Part shown: piece after piece, positions 38,606 through 48,774 of the stretch | Layout of the letters: every line of letters begins with the position of its first letter | How positions within the stretch are numbered: the stretch's first letter is position 1 | Source: Bacteroidota bacterium | GTDB taxonomy: Bacteria > Bacteroidota > Bacteroidia > NORP154 | NCBI GenBank assembly: GCA_043811005.1 | Contig: JBDRNO010000094.1 | Coordinates: 319-64,318 of the forward strand | DNA: 64,000 nucleotides | Direction: 5' to 3' | Notes under the pieces: model-generated | Seen by the model: only the letters and a program-made list of their open reading frames with translations | Databases searched by the model: none | What the model was told of the DNA's origin: nothing | Made by a program: the position numbers and the translations under genes

Positions 38606-39397
38606 TTAAACCGACTGAATTGCTTCAGCAATACTTTTGATCAGTGAAGTATCATTCTCAATTGCATTTCCAACAACTATTACATCCGCCCCTGCTTTGC
38701 AGCTTTTAATTGCTTCCTCTGGCGTTTTTATGCCCCCTCCGATGATTAAAGGAATAGAAATGTTTTGACTCACTTTCTTGATCATTGACTCACTGATTGG
38801 ATGAGATGCCCCGCTGCCACCATCCATATATATCAATTTAAGACCAAGAAGTTCACCTGCTATTGCAGTACAAAGGGCAATATCGCTTTTGTCGCCCGGA
38901 ATAGGAGTAGTATTGCTCATATAAGACACAGCGGTTGAATTTCCGCAATCTATCAACATATAGCCAGTTGGTAATATCTCTAATGAACTTGATCTTAATA
39001 TTGGGGCTGCTATAACATGCTTGCCTATTAACAACTCTGGATTTCTTCCGGAAATAAGCGATAAAAGCAGGATTGCATCCGCTGAATTGTCTATTTGCAA
39101 TGTGCTGCCGGGAAACAGTATGGTGGGAATGGAGCATTTTTCTTTTATCGTTTTAATACAGTTTTCGATATTCCCGTTTGTCAATATGCTTCCGCCAATA
39201 AAAAAGTAATCTACTCCTGCAGCTTGAGCTGCCTCTGCAATTTCGGCTATTTCAGGCGATCTGTCCGGATATTCCCTACTCGGGTGGTGTCCCACCGGGA
39301 GTGGTGGCATAACAGTGTCGGGGTCAATTAAAATAGCAAACTGCTTCTTGTTTCCATTTTTATTCTTAGTAATTATAGAATATATATTTCCCACCAT
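38606..39397 (-). CDS. pcrB: Geranylgeranylglyceryl/heptaprenylglyceryl phosphate synthase (PcrB family)
   Basis: LIDPD, FIGGS, LFPG, ADAILLLSLISGRNP, GY.LI, YMDGGSGA and IGGGI match the GGGPS/PcrB TIM-barrel pattern. Confidence 0.85.
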   Translation of the reverse strand: MVGNIYSIITKNKNGNKKQFAILIDPDTVMPPLPVGHHPSREYPDRSPEIAEIAEAAQAAGVDYFFIGGSILTNGNIENCIKTIKEKCSIPTILFPGSTLQIDNSADAILLLSLISGRNPELLIGKHVIAAPILRSSSLEILPTGYMLIDCGNSTAVSYMSNTTPIPGDKSDIALCTAIAGELLGLKLIYMDGGSGASHPISESMIKKVSQNISIPLIIGGGIKTPEEAIKSCKAGADVIVVGNAIENDTSLIKSIAEAIQSV

Positions 39398-39529
39398 ATT
39401 AGATTAAAAATTCATGATTAAAATATCCGGGAACAAAGATATAACATTTAGACATTTAAAAATTCATCCGCTAACTGGCGGATCGATAATTATTATTTTC
39501 CTTTATCTTTGACCAAAAATTACTCAAAC

Positions 39530-40807
39530 ATGAACTTCATTGAAGAACTAAAATGGAGAGGTATGATCCATGACATCATGCCTGACACTGAAGAACAACT
39601 TAAAAAAAGGATGACATCCGGTTACATTGGGTTCGACCCTACAGCGCCTTCACTAACCGTAGGTAATTTGGTACCTGTTATGCTGCTTGTTCATTTTCAG
39701 CATGCGGGACATAAACCTATTGCTCTTGTTGGAGGAGCTACCGGCTTGATTGGTGATCCGTCAGGAAAATCGGAAGAGAGAAAATTATTGCCAGAGGAAA
39801 AATTGCTTCATTATCAGGAACGGATAGAAAAACAGTTGAACAAGTTCCTTGATTTTGACTGTGGTGAAAATTCTGCAATCATTATCAATAACAAGCAGTT
39901 CTATAAGCAAATCGATCTGTTTGAATTTTTCAGAGATATTGGCAAGCATTTAACCGTGAATTATATGACTGCTAAAGATTCGGTTAAGAACCGGCTGGAA
40001 GACGGGATGTCATTTGCTGAATTTTCTTATCAACTTTTCCAGGCATACGATTTTCTTTGGTTATTTAATAACAAGAACTGCATTTTCCAGATGGGTGGTT
40101 CGGACCAATGGGGTAATATTACTTCGGGTGCAGAACTAATAAGAAAAAAAGAAGGGGGAAAAGCTATTGCACTTACATGTCCATTACTAACCAAGGCAGA
40201 CGGCACTAAATTTGGAAAGACCGAAGAAGGCAATATCTGGTTAGATCCTCAGTTAACATCTCCCTATAAATTCTACCAGTTCTGGCTGAATTGTTCTGAT
40301 GAAGATGCTGCAAAATTCATTCGCATTTTTACCACACTCCCAAAAAAAGAGATAGCGTCTTTAGAAAAAGAACATGAAGAAAACCCTCACCTGCGACCTT
40401 TGCAAAAAGCATTGGCAAAAGATATTACCATCAGGGTGCACTCAGAAGAGGAGTACGCTTTTGCCGTTGATGCCTCAGATATCTTGTTTGGAAAGGGAAC
40501 CGAAGAAGCTTTAAGAAATCTCCCTGAAAAGAACCTTCTATCAATCTTTGAAGGTGTACCTCAATCCCAAATCTCATTAAAAGATTTGGATAATGGTATT
40601 GGCATTATTGACTTTTTAGCTGAAAAGACCACTGTTTTACCATCCAAAAACGAAGCCCACCGAATGATAAAAGGTGGAGGAATAAGCATTAATAAAACGA
40701 AGGTCAACGATGAAAGCAGGATGATAACAACATCCGACCTGCTGAATAATAGATATATTTTAGTGCAAAAGGGGAAGAAGAATTACTGTTTGGTTACTGT
40801 GGTGTGA
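39530..40807 (+). CDS. tyrS: Tyrosyl-tRNA synthetase
   Basis: It has an HIGH-type motif region (GFDPTAPSLTVGNL), KFGKT (KMSKS-type) and a C-terminal S4-like domain. I prefer the ATG at 39530 (MNFIEELKWRGMIHD) over the TTG at 39509. Confidence 0.93.
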   Translation: MNFIEELKWRGMIHDIMPDTEEQLKKRMTSGYIGFDPTAPSLTVGNLVPVMLLVHFQHAGHKPIALVGGATGLIGDPSGKSEERKLLPEEKLLHYQERIEKQLNKFLDFDCGENSAIIINNKQFYKQIDLFEFFRDIGKHLTVNYMTAKDSVKNRLEDGMSFAEFSYQLFQAYDFLWLFNNKNCIFQMGGSDQWGNITSGAELIRKKEGGKAIALTCPLLTKADGTKFGKTEEGNIWLDPQLTSPYKFYQFWLNCSDEDAAKFIRIFTTLPKKEIASLEKEHEENPHLRPLQKALAKDITIRVHSEEEYAFAVDASDILFGKGTEEALRNLPEKNLLSIFEGVPQSQISLKDLDNGIGIIDFLAEKTTVLPSKNEAHRMIKGGGISINKTKVNDESRMITTSDLLNNRYILVQKGKKNYCLVTVV

Positions 40808-40848
40808 CTTTGCGGGAATGGGTGGAACACATATTCTTCATTATCTCT

Positions 40849-40873
40849 TTAAGGTCACAAAATGTGACCTTAA
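40849..40873. terminator. Bidirectional hairpin between convergent tyrS and the 1427-aa gene
   Basis: ttaaggtcaca-aaa-tgtgaccttaa is a perfect 11-bp stem with A/T-rich flanks on both sides. Confidence 0.55.
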
Positions 40874-40931
40874 AAATTCGTATTCAGTTCATCGTAGTCT
40901 GCGACTAATCAAACTATTTTGAAAAATAATT

Positions 40932-43900
40932 CTATTGACAAATCACTTTCCTGGTAATCACAGCGCTATCAGTTACAACTTGCACGTAGTACATGCCCTT
41001 GTGGTATTTGCCCAGGTCAATCTGCTTATGGAGCATACTTGTATGTTCGGAGCAAATTAGCTGTCCCTGCATGTTGAATATCCTGATCGTTATATCTTGT
41101 CCCGAACCTGCCGGGGACAAAGCAGGGGTGAGATTGAGGATCAAATTAAACAACCCCCTGTTGGGATTGGGGTAAACTATTACTTGATCCCCTTCTGTGA
41201 TGTGGAGTTGATCAATGCCTGTAATAGAAGTATTGAAACATAATATGTAGTCATCAAGTGAAATACTGTTGATTATGGTTGCGGTATTATAGCCCGCTCC
41301 TCCTGAACCCAGGGTACCTCCGTTGGTAACATTCCAAGTGGGATTACTTACAATTGTGTCGCCTGCTGAATGGTTGCATCCGCTTATCCCGTTGTCATCG
41401 GTTCTGATCAAATACATCTCCATATCCCCTTCTTCAACCCCTCCTCCAAAACTGCTGGAAAATCCTGCGACAATGAATCCACCATCAGATGTTTGCTGAA
41501 CCGAATAACCGCTTTCGGAAAATTCTCCGCCAAAGGTTTTAGTCCATAACAGATCTCCATTGGCATCGGCACGGATCAAATAAACATCCTCTCCATTGGC
41601 TGCGGTACTGCTTGTTACCCCTGTGAAGATATATCCACTATCTGAAGTTTGCTGAACTGAATAACCGTAATCACCACCGCTTTCCCCATAAGTTTTTGAC
41701 CAGGAAATGTCACCGGCAGCATTGGTTCGGATCAAATAAACATCATAGCTGCCTGCGCCAAAGCTGTTAGTATATCCGGCTATAATATATCCTCCATCAG
41801 TAGTCTGCCGGACCGACCATCCTTCATCTTCATCTGTCCCACCAATGGTTTTAGTCCACTCCGTATCTCCATTTACATCGGTCTTGATCAAATAAACATC
41901 AGCATCTCCCGCACCAAAGCTGTATGTATAACCTGTTATGATATATCCTTCGTCAGATGTTTGCTGAATCGAATAACCGCAATCGAAACCTGTTCCACCG
42001 ATGGTTTTCGTCCACAACAAGCCACCGTTATCATCTGTATGTACCCAATAAAAATCACTCAATCCTGCTCCAAAGCTGTTGGTTCCACCTGTGAAAGTGT
42101 ACCCGCCATCATTGGATTGCAAAACGGAAAACCCTCTATCGTCTCCGGTTCCACCATAGGTTTTTGTCCACAATATATCTCCATCGGCATCCGTGAGGAT
42201 CAAATATATATCATAATCCCCGGCTCCAAAGCTATTGGTGTAGCCAGCAATTATATAACCGCCATCGTTAGTTTGCTGAACGGAATATCCACGATCGTCA
42301 CCGGAGCCGCCATAAACCTTTGCCCATAAGATATTAGCATTGTCATCAGTACGTATCAAACAAACATCAGCATCTCCTGCACCAAAACTTTTGGTATATC
42401 CTGCAATAATATAACCGCCATCTGTGGTTTGCTGAAGAGACCTGCTAAAACCATCATTTGTTCCCCCAAAGGTTTTTTGGAAAACCCAGACATTATTATC
42501 ACTAACTGCAACACCGGCATTATTAACACACCCGTTATTATCAGTTACTACTATGTTATAAACTCCCGCAGCTAAGCCGGTTGCCAAATCGGTTGTCTGT
42601 AAAGCAGGGTCATCCCATTGATATGAATATGGCTGATTGCCTCCGTATGCAGTTACCCCGGCAGAACCACTGTTCCCTGAAATATCAGGAGAAGCAATTG
42701 TTGCTAAGATCAAAGTTAAGGGTTCATTAATAATTAATGTACTTCCGGTTTGAACGCATAATTTAGCATCCCTTACCTTTACAGTATAGCTGCTTGCGCT
42801 CAAGCCGGTAAAGATGCCGGTAGTATTGGGGTAAGTAATTCCGTTATTAATCGAGTAGCTTTTAGTCCCGGTACCTCCGCTTGCGGTTAATGTAATTTTT
42901 CCGTCAGTCAGTCCATTGCAAGTGATATCTGTTGATGCTTCCGAATTAATAGTTACTTGTGTTGGTTCGGTAATATTTATACTTTGGGATTTTGAACAGC
43001 CGTTTGCATCGGTAACAATTACTCCATATACTCCAGCTGCAAGACTGTATATTGATGATGATGGTACACCAGATACTGTTACCCCGGTTGACCAGTAAAA
43101 AGTATAAGGAGTAGCTCCACCATTTACAGCTGCTGTAATATATCCATCATTACCACCATTGCAATCCGCGTTTTTACTTGTAATAGTTATATTCATAGGT
43201 GGTGGTTCAATAATGGTTACATTATCCATTCCTTCACATCCGTTACCATCAGTAACGTTCACCGTATATACTCCTTCACAAAGAGTATTTGCGGTTGAAT
43301 TGGTTTGAGTAAACGAGTCGTTCCACGAATAAGTGTAAGGAGGAGTACCTTGAATGGAGGTTGCAGTGGCGCTTCCATCACATATCCCACCACAGACGGG
43401 ATTTGTACTACTTGTGATGTTGGTATAAAATGATATAGAGATAATAGCCGAATCAAAACATCCGTTAGCATCATTAACAATAACCTGAACAGTACCGGAA
43501 TGAAGGTTGACAGCAGTTGAATCGGTCTGTGAATCCGGGTCATTCCATAGATATGAATAGGGAGGTGTTCCACCAGCAGGGGTAACAGTTGCAAAAGCGG
43601 AAGAGTCTGCATTGCACAAGACGGGTACGGAATCGGTGGTGCTTAAAGATAAAACGGGTGGTTGTGTTAAAGTTACAGTTGCGGAATTAAAACATCCAAT
43701 AGCATCATAAACAATAACCTGATAAGTACCCGGAGGTAAGCCGGTAGCAATTGACCCGGTTTGTAAAGAGGAATCGTCCCATGAATATGTAAAAGGAGAA
43801 GTTCCGCCAGAGGGGGTGACCGTAGCTGTACCGGAAGAACCTCCATAACACAGCACGTTGGTTGAATCCGTGATACTGACGGAAAAATTAAGCTTATCAA

Positions 43901-45215
43901 CGTCTGTGGCTGTATTATTAACAATAGTTGTTGTATTCATAACTGTAGCTCCTGATCCTATATTTGTTCCTGTTGAATTAACCAGGGTAAGGGGAAGAAT
44001 TCCAATAGTGCCGGCAGCGGTTTGATAACATCCTCCGTCATATCCAACAGAATCGGTTTTGATAACAAAGATATCATAGCCCCAGGAACCATAACTCTGT
44101 GTTTCACCTAAAATAATAAAGCCACCGTCAGCAGTTTGCTGTAAAGAATAACCAATATCGTCATCCGGTCCGCCAAAGGTTCTTGTCCATACAGTATCGG
44201 CATAAGCATCGGTTTTGATCAAATAAACATCAATACCCCCTGCTCCAAAACTACTTGTATTCCCTGCGAAAATACATCCGCCATCAGCAACATGCTGGAC
44301 TGAGAATCCATAATCTATACTATCTCCACCAAATACTTTTGAACAAAGAAGATTTCCAATGGAATCGGTTTTGATTAGATAGATATCATCAATCCCTGAT
44401 CCAAAGCTATTTGTGGAACCACTAATAATAAACTCCCCATTATCAGGTTGCCTGACTGAATAGCCGAGATCATCACCTGTTCCTCCAAAGGTTTTTGCCC
44501 ATAGAGTATCACCAATAGAATCGGTTCTGATCAAATATACATCAACCGCACCGGCTCCAAAACTGTTTGTCTGACCTGCGATAATATACCCCCCATCAGC
44601 AGTTTGCTGAATGGAGCTGCCAATATCACTGTTTATTCCACCAAAGGTTTTTGTCCATAAAGTATCACCAACAGAATCGGTTTTGATTAAATAAACATCA
44701 TCGCTTCCGGCTCCGAAACTGTTGGTATATCCAATGATAATATACCCGCCATCAAAGGTTTGATGAACTGCATTGCTATAATCTAGACTATCTCCACCAC
44801 AGGTTTTTGTCCATAGAGTATCACCAATAGAATCGGTTTTGATCAAATAAATATCATAGTTTCCGGCTCCGAAACTGTTCGTATATCCGCTGACAATGAA
44901 TCCATTATCAGAGGTTAGCCCGACTGACTTACCAAAATCGTCACCAGACCCTCCATAAGCTTTTGTCCATACAGTATCACCGTTAGCATCGGTCTTGATC
45001 AAAAAAACATCATTGCCACCTGCTCCAAAGCTGTTCGTATATCCTGTAAAAATATAACCGCCATCAGCAGTTTGCTGGATTGATCTGCCGTGATCGTCAG
45101 ATGTTCCGCCAATGGTTTCTTGAAAATCCTGTCCTGCACATGAGGAAATCATTTGCGTGATGGGATTTAATGTAATTAAGCAAGCGACTGAAATTGTAAT
45201 TAATGAGGATTTCAT
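40932..45215 (-). CDS. Giant T9SS type A cargo protein with two arrays of ~50-aa propeller-like repeats flanking SprB/HYR-type Ig repeats
   Basis: There are more than 14 repeats of the form GG.G.D.G.SV.QT.DGGYII.GYTNSFGAG..D.YLIKTD..GD..W.KT. The central repeats read C.G...G.ATV...GGT.PY.Y.W.D. The C-terminal Por secretion tail reads VIVYPNPNRGLF...IFNMQGQL...GMYYVQV. Confidence 0.85.
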   Translation of the reverse strand: MKSSLITISVACLITLNPITQMISSCAGQDFQETIGGTSDDHGRSIQQTADGGYIFTGYTNSFGAGGNDVFLIKTDANGDTVWTKAYGGSGDDFGKSVGLTSDNGFIVSGYTNSFGAGNYDIYLIKTDSIGDTLWTKTCGGDSLDYSNAVHQTFDGGYIIIGYTNSFGAGSDDVYLIKTDSVGDTLWTKTFGGINSDIGSSIQQTADGGYIIAGQTNSFGAGAVDVYLIRTDSIGDTLWAKTFGGTGDDLGYSVRQPDNGEFIISGSTNSFGSGIDDIYLIKTDSIGNLLCSKVFGGDSIDYGFSVQHVADGGCIFAGNTSSFGAGGIDVYLIKTDAYADTVWTRTFGGPDDDIGYSLQQTADGGFIILGETQSYGSWGYDIFVIKTDSVGYDGGCYQTAAGTIGILPLTLVNSTGTNIGSGATVMNTTTIVNNTATDVDKLNFSVSITDSTNVLCYGGSSGTATVTPSGGTSPFTYSWDDSSLQTGSIATGLPPGTYQVIVYDAIGCFNSATVTLTQPPVLSLSTTDSVPVLCNADSSAFATVTPAGGTPPYSYLWNDPDSQTDSTAVNLHSGTVQVIVNDANGCFDSAIISISFYTNITSSTNPVCGGICDGSATATSIQGTPPYTYSWNDSFTQTNSTANTLCEGVYTVNVTDGNGCEGMDNVTIIEPPPMNITITSKNADCNGGNDGYITAAVNGGATPYTFYWSTGVTVSGVPSSSIYSLAAGVYGVIVTDANGCSKSQSINITEPTQVTINSEASTDITCNGLTDGKITLTASGGTGTKSYSINNGITYPNTTGIFTGLSASSYTVKVRDAKLCVQTGSTLIINEPLTLILATIASPDISGNSGSAGVTAYGGNQPYSYQWDDPALQTTDLATGLAAGVYNIVVTDNNGCVNNAGVAVSDNNVWVFQKTFGGTNDGFSRSLQQTTDGGYIIAGYTKSFGAGDADVCLIRTDDNANILWAKVYGGSGDDRGYSVQQTNDGGYIIAGYTNSFGAGDYDIYLILTDADGDILWTKTYGGTGDDRGFSVLQSNDGGYTFTGGTNSFGAGLSDFYWVHTDDNGGLLWTKTIGGTGFDCGYSIQQTSDEGYIITGYTYSFGAGDADVYLIKTDVNGDTEWTKTIGGTDEDEGWSVRQTTDGGYIIAGYTNSFGAGSYDVYLIRTNAAGDISWSKTYGESGGDYGYSVQQTSDSGYIFTGVTSSTAANGEDVYLIRADANGDLLWTKTFGGEFSESGYSVQQTSDGGFIVAGFSSSFGGGVEEGDMEMYLIRTDDNGISGCNHSAGDTIVSNPTWNVTNGGTLGSGGAGYNTATIINSISLDDYILCFNTSITGIDQLHITEGDQVIVYPNPNRGLFNLILNLTPALSPAGSGQDITIRIFNMQGQLICSEHTSMLHKQIDLGKYHKGMYYVQVVTDSAVITRKVICQ

Positions 45216-45397
45216 GAGTTATGAATTTTCCCCATCCATATAAGGATAGGTTGATGGTTAAAATAATTACGCAAATATATGATAATTTTAGTTTAAAGAA
45301 TTATGTAAACAGTTAAGTTTACTGAATAATTATATTAAATTTTTCATGTGATTGCCTTGGTTAAATTTAAACTAACAATGAGACAAAATATATTTTT

Positions 45398-45586
45398 CTA
45401 ATCTTTCTTATCAAGGTTTTCGCTGTCGGAATCCGGTTCCCCGGACCTGGCTTTTTTAAATTCCTTTATTCCTTTTCCAATTCCTTTCATTAGTCCGGGT
45501 ATCTTCCTGCCCCCAAAAAGCAAGATAATAACTACCAGGATGATGATAATTTCCGGAATGCCAGGCACCCATAATAGAATATGCAT
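45398..45586 (-). CDS. tatA: Twin-arginine translocase subunit TatA/E
   Basis: 62 aa. An N-terminal transmembrane helix is followed by LFGGRKIPGLMKGIGKGIKEFKKA, an amphipathic helix. Confidence 0.85.
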   Translation of the reverse strand: MHILLWVPGIPEIIIILVVIILLFGGRKIPGLMKGIGKGIKEFKKARSGEPDSDSENLDKKD

Positions 45587-45787
45587 AATTAATTAAGTTT
45601 TGTTAATTTTTTTATTGGGTAAAAATACTAATTTAACTTTAATTATTGTCGTTCGATTAATAATGAACATTGCTAAGTTAATAAATTTCCTCAGAAAACA
45701 TCTAATCTTTATAATTTTTTTGCAATATTTGTTATTTTGATAACTATAAATTGAAACAAATTATCTAATTCTAACGTATATATATAT

Positions 45788-47470
45788 ATGCTATTACTTC
45801 ATAAATATACATTATTAAAGCTTTTTAAAAAGCCCAAATTTACTGTTATCCTTATTTACGCCTTATTTATAATCCCAATCTTGTTGCAGCAAGGTATACA
45901 GGCACAGCAGGTAAACGGTCAATCCGGTTCAACAAAGACGGGAAGTGATACTTCCTTAAATTACACATTACCTGATTCCATTGAATTGCGTGTTTCAGCA
46001 GACTCTCTAAATCTGCTACTTGTAATTCAACTAGTTGAGGATGATCCTTTTGTTGCAAAATTAGAGAGTCTTTTAACCCTGAAATATTTTGAAAACTCCT
46101 GTTTTATAACAGACACCTCCGTTCTCAATGTTTATAATTTTGCTCCTGATTCGGTTCCTGTTTACGACAGTTCTGTTTATGAAAGCCGGCTGGCATATTT
46201 GAACGAGCAAACACCTTTTTCTCTTATTTACAATGAAGTGATCAAGCGCTTTATCGAGCTTTATGCCGTAAAAAGACGTGAACAGGTCTCAAGGATGATG
46301 GGGCTGGCTGAATTGTATTTCCCAATTTTCGAGGAGGCATTAGACCTGTATGGTCTGCCATTAGAGTTGAAATATTTAGCTGTTATTGAGTCGGCTTTAA
46401 ATGCCAATGCCCGGTCACGCGCCGGGGCAATGGGCTTATGGCAATTTATGTACAAGACAGGTAAATTATACGATTTAAAAATAACATCCTATGTTGATGA
46501 AAGACTCGACCCGTACAAGTCAACTTATGCTGCATGTGAATATCTCCGTTTCCTTTACAGTATCTATGATGATTGGAACCTGGCTTTAGCTGCATACAAT
46601 AGCGGTCCAGGAAGGGTGAACAGGGCTATAAGGCGTTCAGGAGGAAAAACAAACTACTGGGAATTGTGGCCTTATCTTCCCCGTGAAACAAGAGGTTATC
46701 TGCCTGCTTTTATTGCTGTCAACTACATCATGGAATATGCTACAGAACATAATCTTTATCCAATTGCCCCGAAATACCTGCATTATGAAACAGATACGGT
46801 AAAGGTGAACCGGCAGGTTTCATTTAAGCAAATTTCAGCAGTGTTAGACATTCCGATTGATGATGTTGAATTTTTGAATCCGGTTTATAAAAAAGGTATT
46901 ATCCCTGGTATCTCCGGCGAATTATATACCTTATATCTGCCTGCTTATAAAATAGGCGATTTTATTAATAATGAACAGGCAATATATAATTACAAATCCC
47001 CGGAAGAGAAAAGGGACAGTGCAGAGGCAGAATCAAGCCGGATTGCCATCCAACAGGAAAAGATAATAAAAGAAAACATGATAACACATGCTGTTAAAGA
47101 AGGAGAAGTGCTGGGATTGATTGCAGAGCGTTATAAATGCAGCATAAAAGATATAAAGGACTGGAATTATATCAGTGGAACGAATATCTATGCAGGGAAA
47201 AAGCTGGTGATTTATACAAATGCAGATCCCTCAGCGTTTAAAAAAGAGCAAAAAACTTTGACAGCAAACAAAGTTCCGGATAAAGAAACCGTAAATTCCG
47301 GCAGCTCAACAAAATATATCCATCACATAGTTCAACCCGGTGATACACTTTGGGATATTGCCCAGCTTTATGAAGGAGTGACCGTAAGACACCTGAAAAA
47401 AATAAATAATATCTCCAATGTTAAAAAGTTAAAGCCGGGGATGAAGATTAAGATTGCTGTTGCGAGCTGA
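45788..47470 (+). CDS. Lytic murein transglycosylase (MltD-like) with two C-terminal LysM domains
   Basis: The SLT catalytic region reads VIESALNANARSRAGAMGLWQFM...AYNSGPGRV. LysM domains read HAVKEGEVLGLIAERY and HIVQPGDTLWDIAQLY. Confidence 0.88.
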   Translation: MLLLHKYTLLKLFKKPKFTVILIYALFIIPILLQQGIQAQQVNGQSGSTKTGSDTSLNYTLPDSIELRVSADSLNLLLVIQLVEDDPFVAKLESLLTLKYFENSCFITDTSVLNVYNFAPDSVPVYDSSVYESRLAYLNEQTPFSLIYNEVIKRFIELYAVKRREQVSRMMGLAELYFPIFEEALDLYGLPLELKYLAVIESALNANARSRAGAMGLWQFMYKTGKLYDLKITSYVDERLDPYKSTYAACEYLRFLYSIYDDWNLALAAYNSGPGRVNRAIRRSGGKTNYWELWPYLPRETRGYLPAFIAVNYIMEYATEHNLYPIAPKYLHYETDTVKVNRQVSFKQISAVLDIPIDDVEFLNPVYKKGIIPGISGELYTLYLPAYKIGDFINNEQAIYNYKSPEEKRDSAEAESSRIAIQQEKIIKENMITHAVKEGEVLGLIAERYKCSIKDIKDWNYISGTNIYAGKKLVIYTNADPSAFKKEQKTLTANKVPDKETVNSGSSTKYIHHIVQPGDTLWDIAQLYEGVTVRHLKKINNISNVKKLKPGMKIKIAVAS

Positions 47471-47501
47471 TGTGGTTGTTGCACAACTCCAAAATAGTGA
47501 A

Positions 47502-47649
47502 TTTGACTAACCCCGACCTTCAGGTCGGGGTAAAGAATACAATTAAACACACTGGGGTTTTAACCCCCAATTTCCTTGTTTGTTATGGGCTAAAGCCCAA
47601 TTGGGTATCAGGATTTTAATCCCCGACTTAAAAGTCGGGGTTAGTCAAA
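47502..47649. repeat. 148-bp composite palindromic element containing four GC hairpins
   Basis: The outer perfect 16-bp inverted repeat is tttgactaaccccgac (47502-47517) / gtcggggttagtcaaa (47634-47649). The internal hairpins are ccccgacc-ttca-ggtcgggg, ggggtt-tt-aacccc, gggct-aa-agccc and ccccgac-ttaaaa-gtcgggg. Confidence 0.7.
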
Positions 47650-47683
47650 AAATGAAATAATTTTATTTTTACAATACAAAATA

Positions 47684-48694
47684 TTGAGACCCCGTTACAA
47701 TAAATTATACTTTTTACCCCGTCATTTGTTAGGGCTTATTTTTTTTGCTTTTTTCTTTACTTCCTGCAGCACCAATAACAACCCCGTATTGCCTGCCATT
47801 ACCGGTAAGGCGGGAGAGATAATTGTAGTTATTGAAAAAAAAAATTGGGACTCTAACGTTGGCAAACAAATAAAAGCTTGCCTGGCTCAACAACACATAG
47901 CTTTACCCCAGCCCGAACCGGTTTTTACCTTAGTTAATATTCCAAACAAGTCCTTTACAGGGCTTTTAAAATCCCACCGTAACATATTGATAATTAATAT
48001 TTCCCGGAACGAAAAGCCATCTGTTATTGTTAAAAAAGATGTATGGTCAACCCCGCAATTGGTAGTTAAAATAACTGCTTCAAATAAAGATGAGCTTGTT
48101 GATTTGATAAATAAAAACAAAGGATCATTAGTCAATTATTACATTAATATTGAAAAAAAGCGGTTAATGTCGAAATACGCTAAAATTGAAGAAAAGAGCA
48201 TTACAAAAAAACTCATAAAAGATCATCAGTTATCGCTGACAGTGCCAAAGACTTATGAAATTGCCAAAGAGCATGAAAAATTTATCTGGATAAGAAGAGA
48301 AACAAATGAGACGAGCCATGGAATTTTGATATATTATTATGACTATGTAGACTCTAATACTTTTACAAGGGCATATATTCTGTCTGCCAGGGATTCAATC
48401 ACGAAGCGATATATACCAGGACCTACAACAGGTTCTTATATGTCTACAATGCGTGATTATCCTGCAGCCATAAAAAAGATGGATTTTAAAGGCATGTATG
48501 CTATTGAGACGAGAGGATTGTGGAACGTACATGGCGATTTTATGGGAGGGCCTTTTTTAAACTACACCATACTTGACGAGCAGAGAAACAGGGTAGTAAC
48601 AGTTGAAGGATATGTTTATGCCCCGAAATTCGATAAGAGAAATTACCTGCGGCAGGTGGAAGCGATATTATGTTCGTTGAAGATTCATTCTTAA
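47684..48694 (+). CDS. DUF4837 family lipoprotein
   Basis: Lipobox FFTSCS. Collinear with the DUF4837 pattern I recall (..W....G..I.......LPQ.EP.F.......F.......RN......, KF.WIRR, IPGP..GSYM, GLW.V...FMGGPF.NY...D...NR.V.VEG.V.AP...KR.Y....EAI). It uses a TTG start. Confidence 0.75.
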   Translation: MRPRYNKLYFLPRHLLGLIFFAFFFTSCSTNNNPVLPAITGKAGEIIVVIEKKNWDSNVGKQIKACLAQQHIALPQPEPVFTLVNIPNKSFTGLLKSHRNILIINISRNEKPSVIVKKDVWSTPQLVVKITASNKDELVDLINKNKGSLVNYYINIEKKRLMSKYAKIEEKSITKKLIKDHQLSLTVPKTYEIAKEHEKFIWIRRETNETSHGILIYYYDYVDSNTFTRAYILSARDSITKRYIPGPTTGSYMSTMRDYPAAIKKMDFKGMYAIETRGLWNVHGDFMGGPFLNYTILDEQRNRVVTVEGYVYAPKFDKRNYLRQVEAILCSLKIHS

Positions 48695-48774
48695 TAAACG
48701 ATTTTAAAGGTTGGCGATATATACCTGTATTCATCATCTGTTCTTTAGGAAAATTCGCTTAATTCAAAAGGCAA

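Noticed and set aside
39509-39529. TTG-initiated extension of tyrS
   Set aside because: The conserved TyrRS N-terminus (MNFIEELKWRG) starts at the ATG at 39530.
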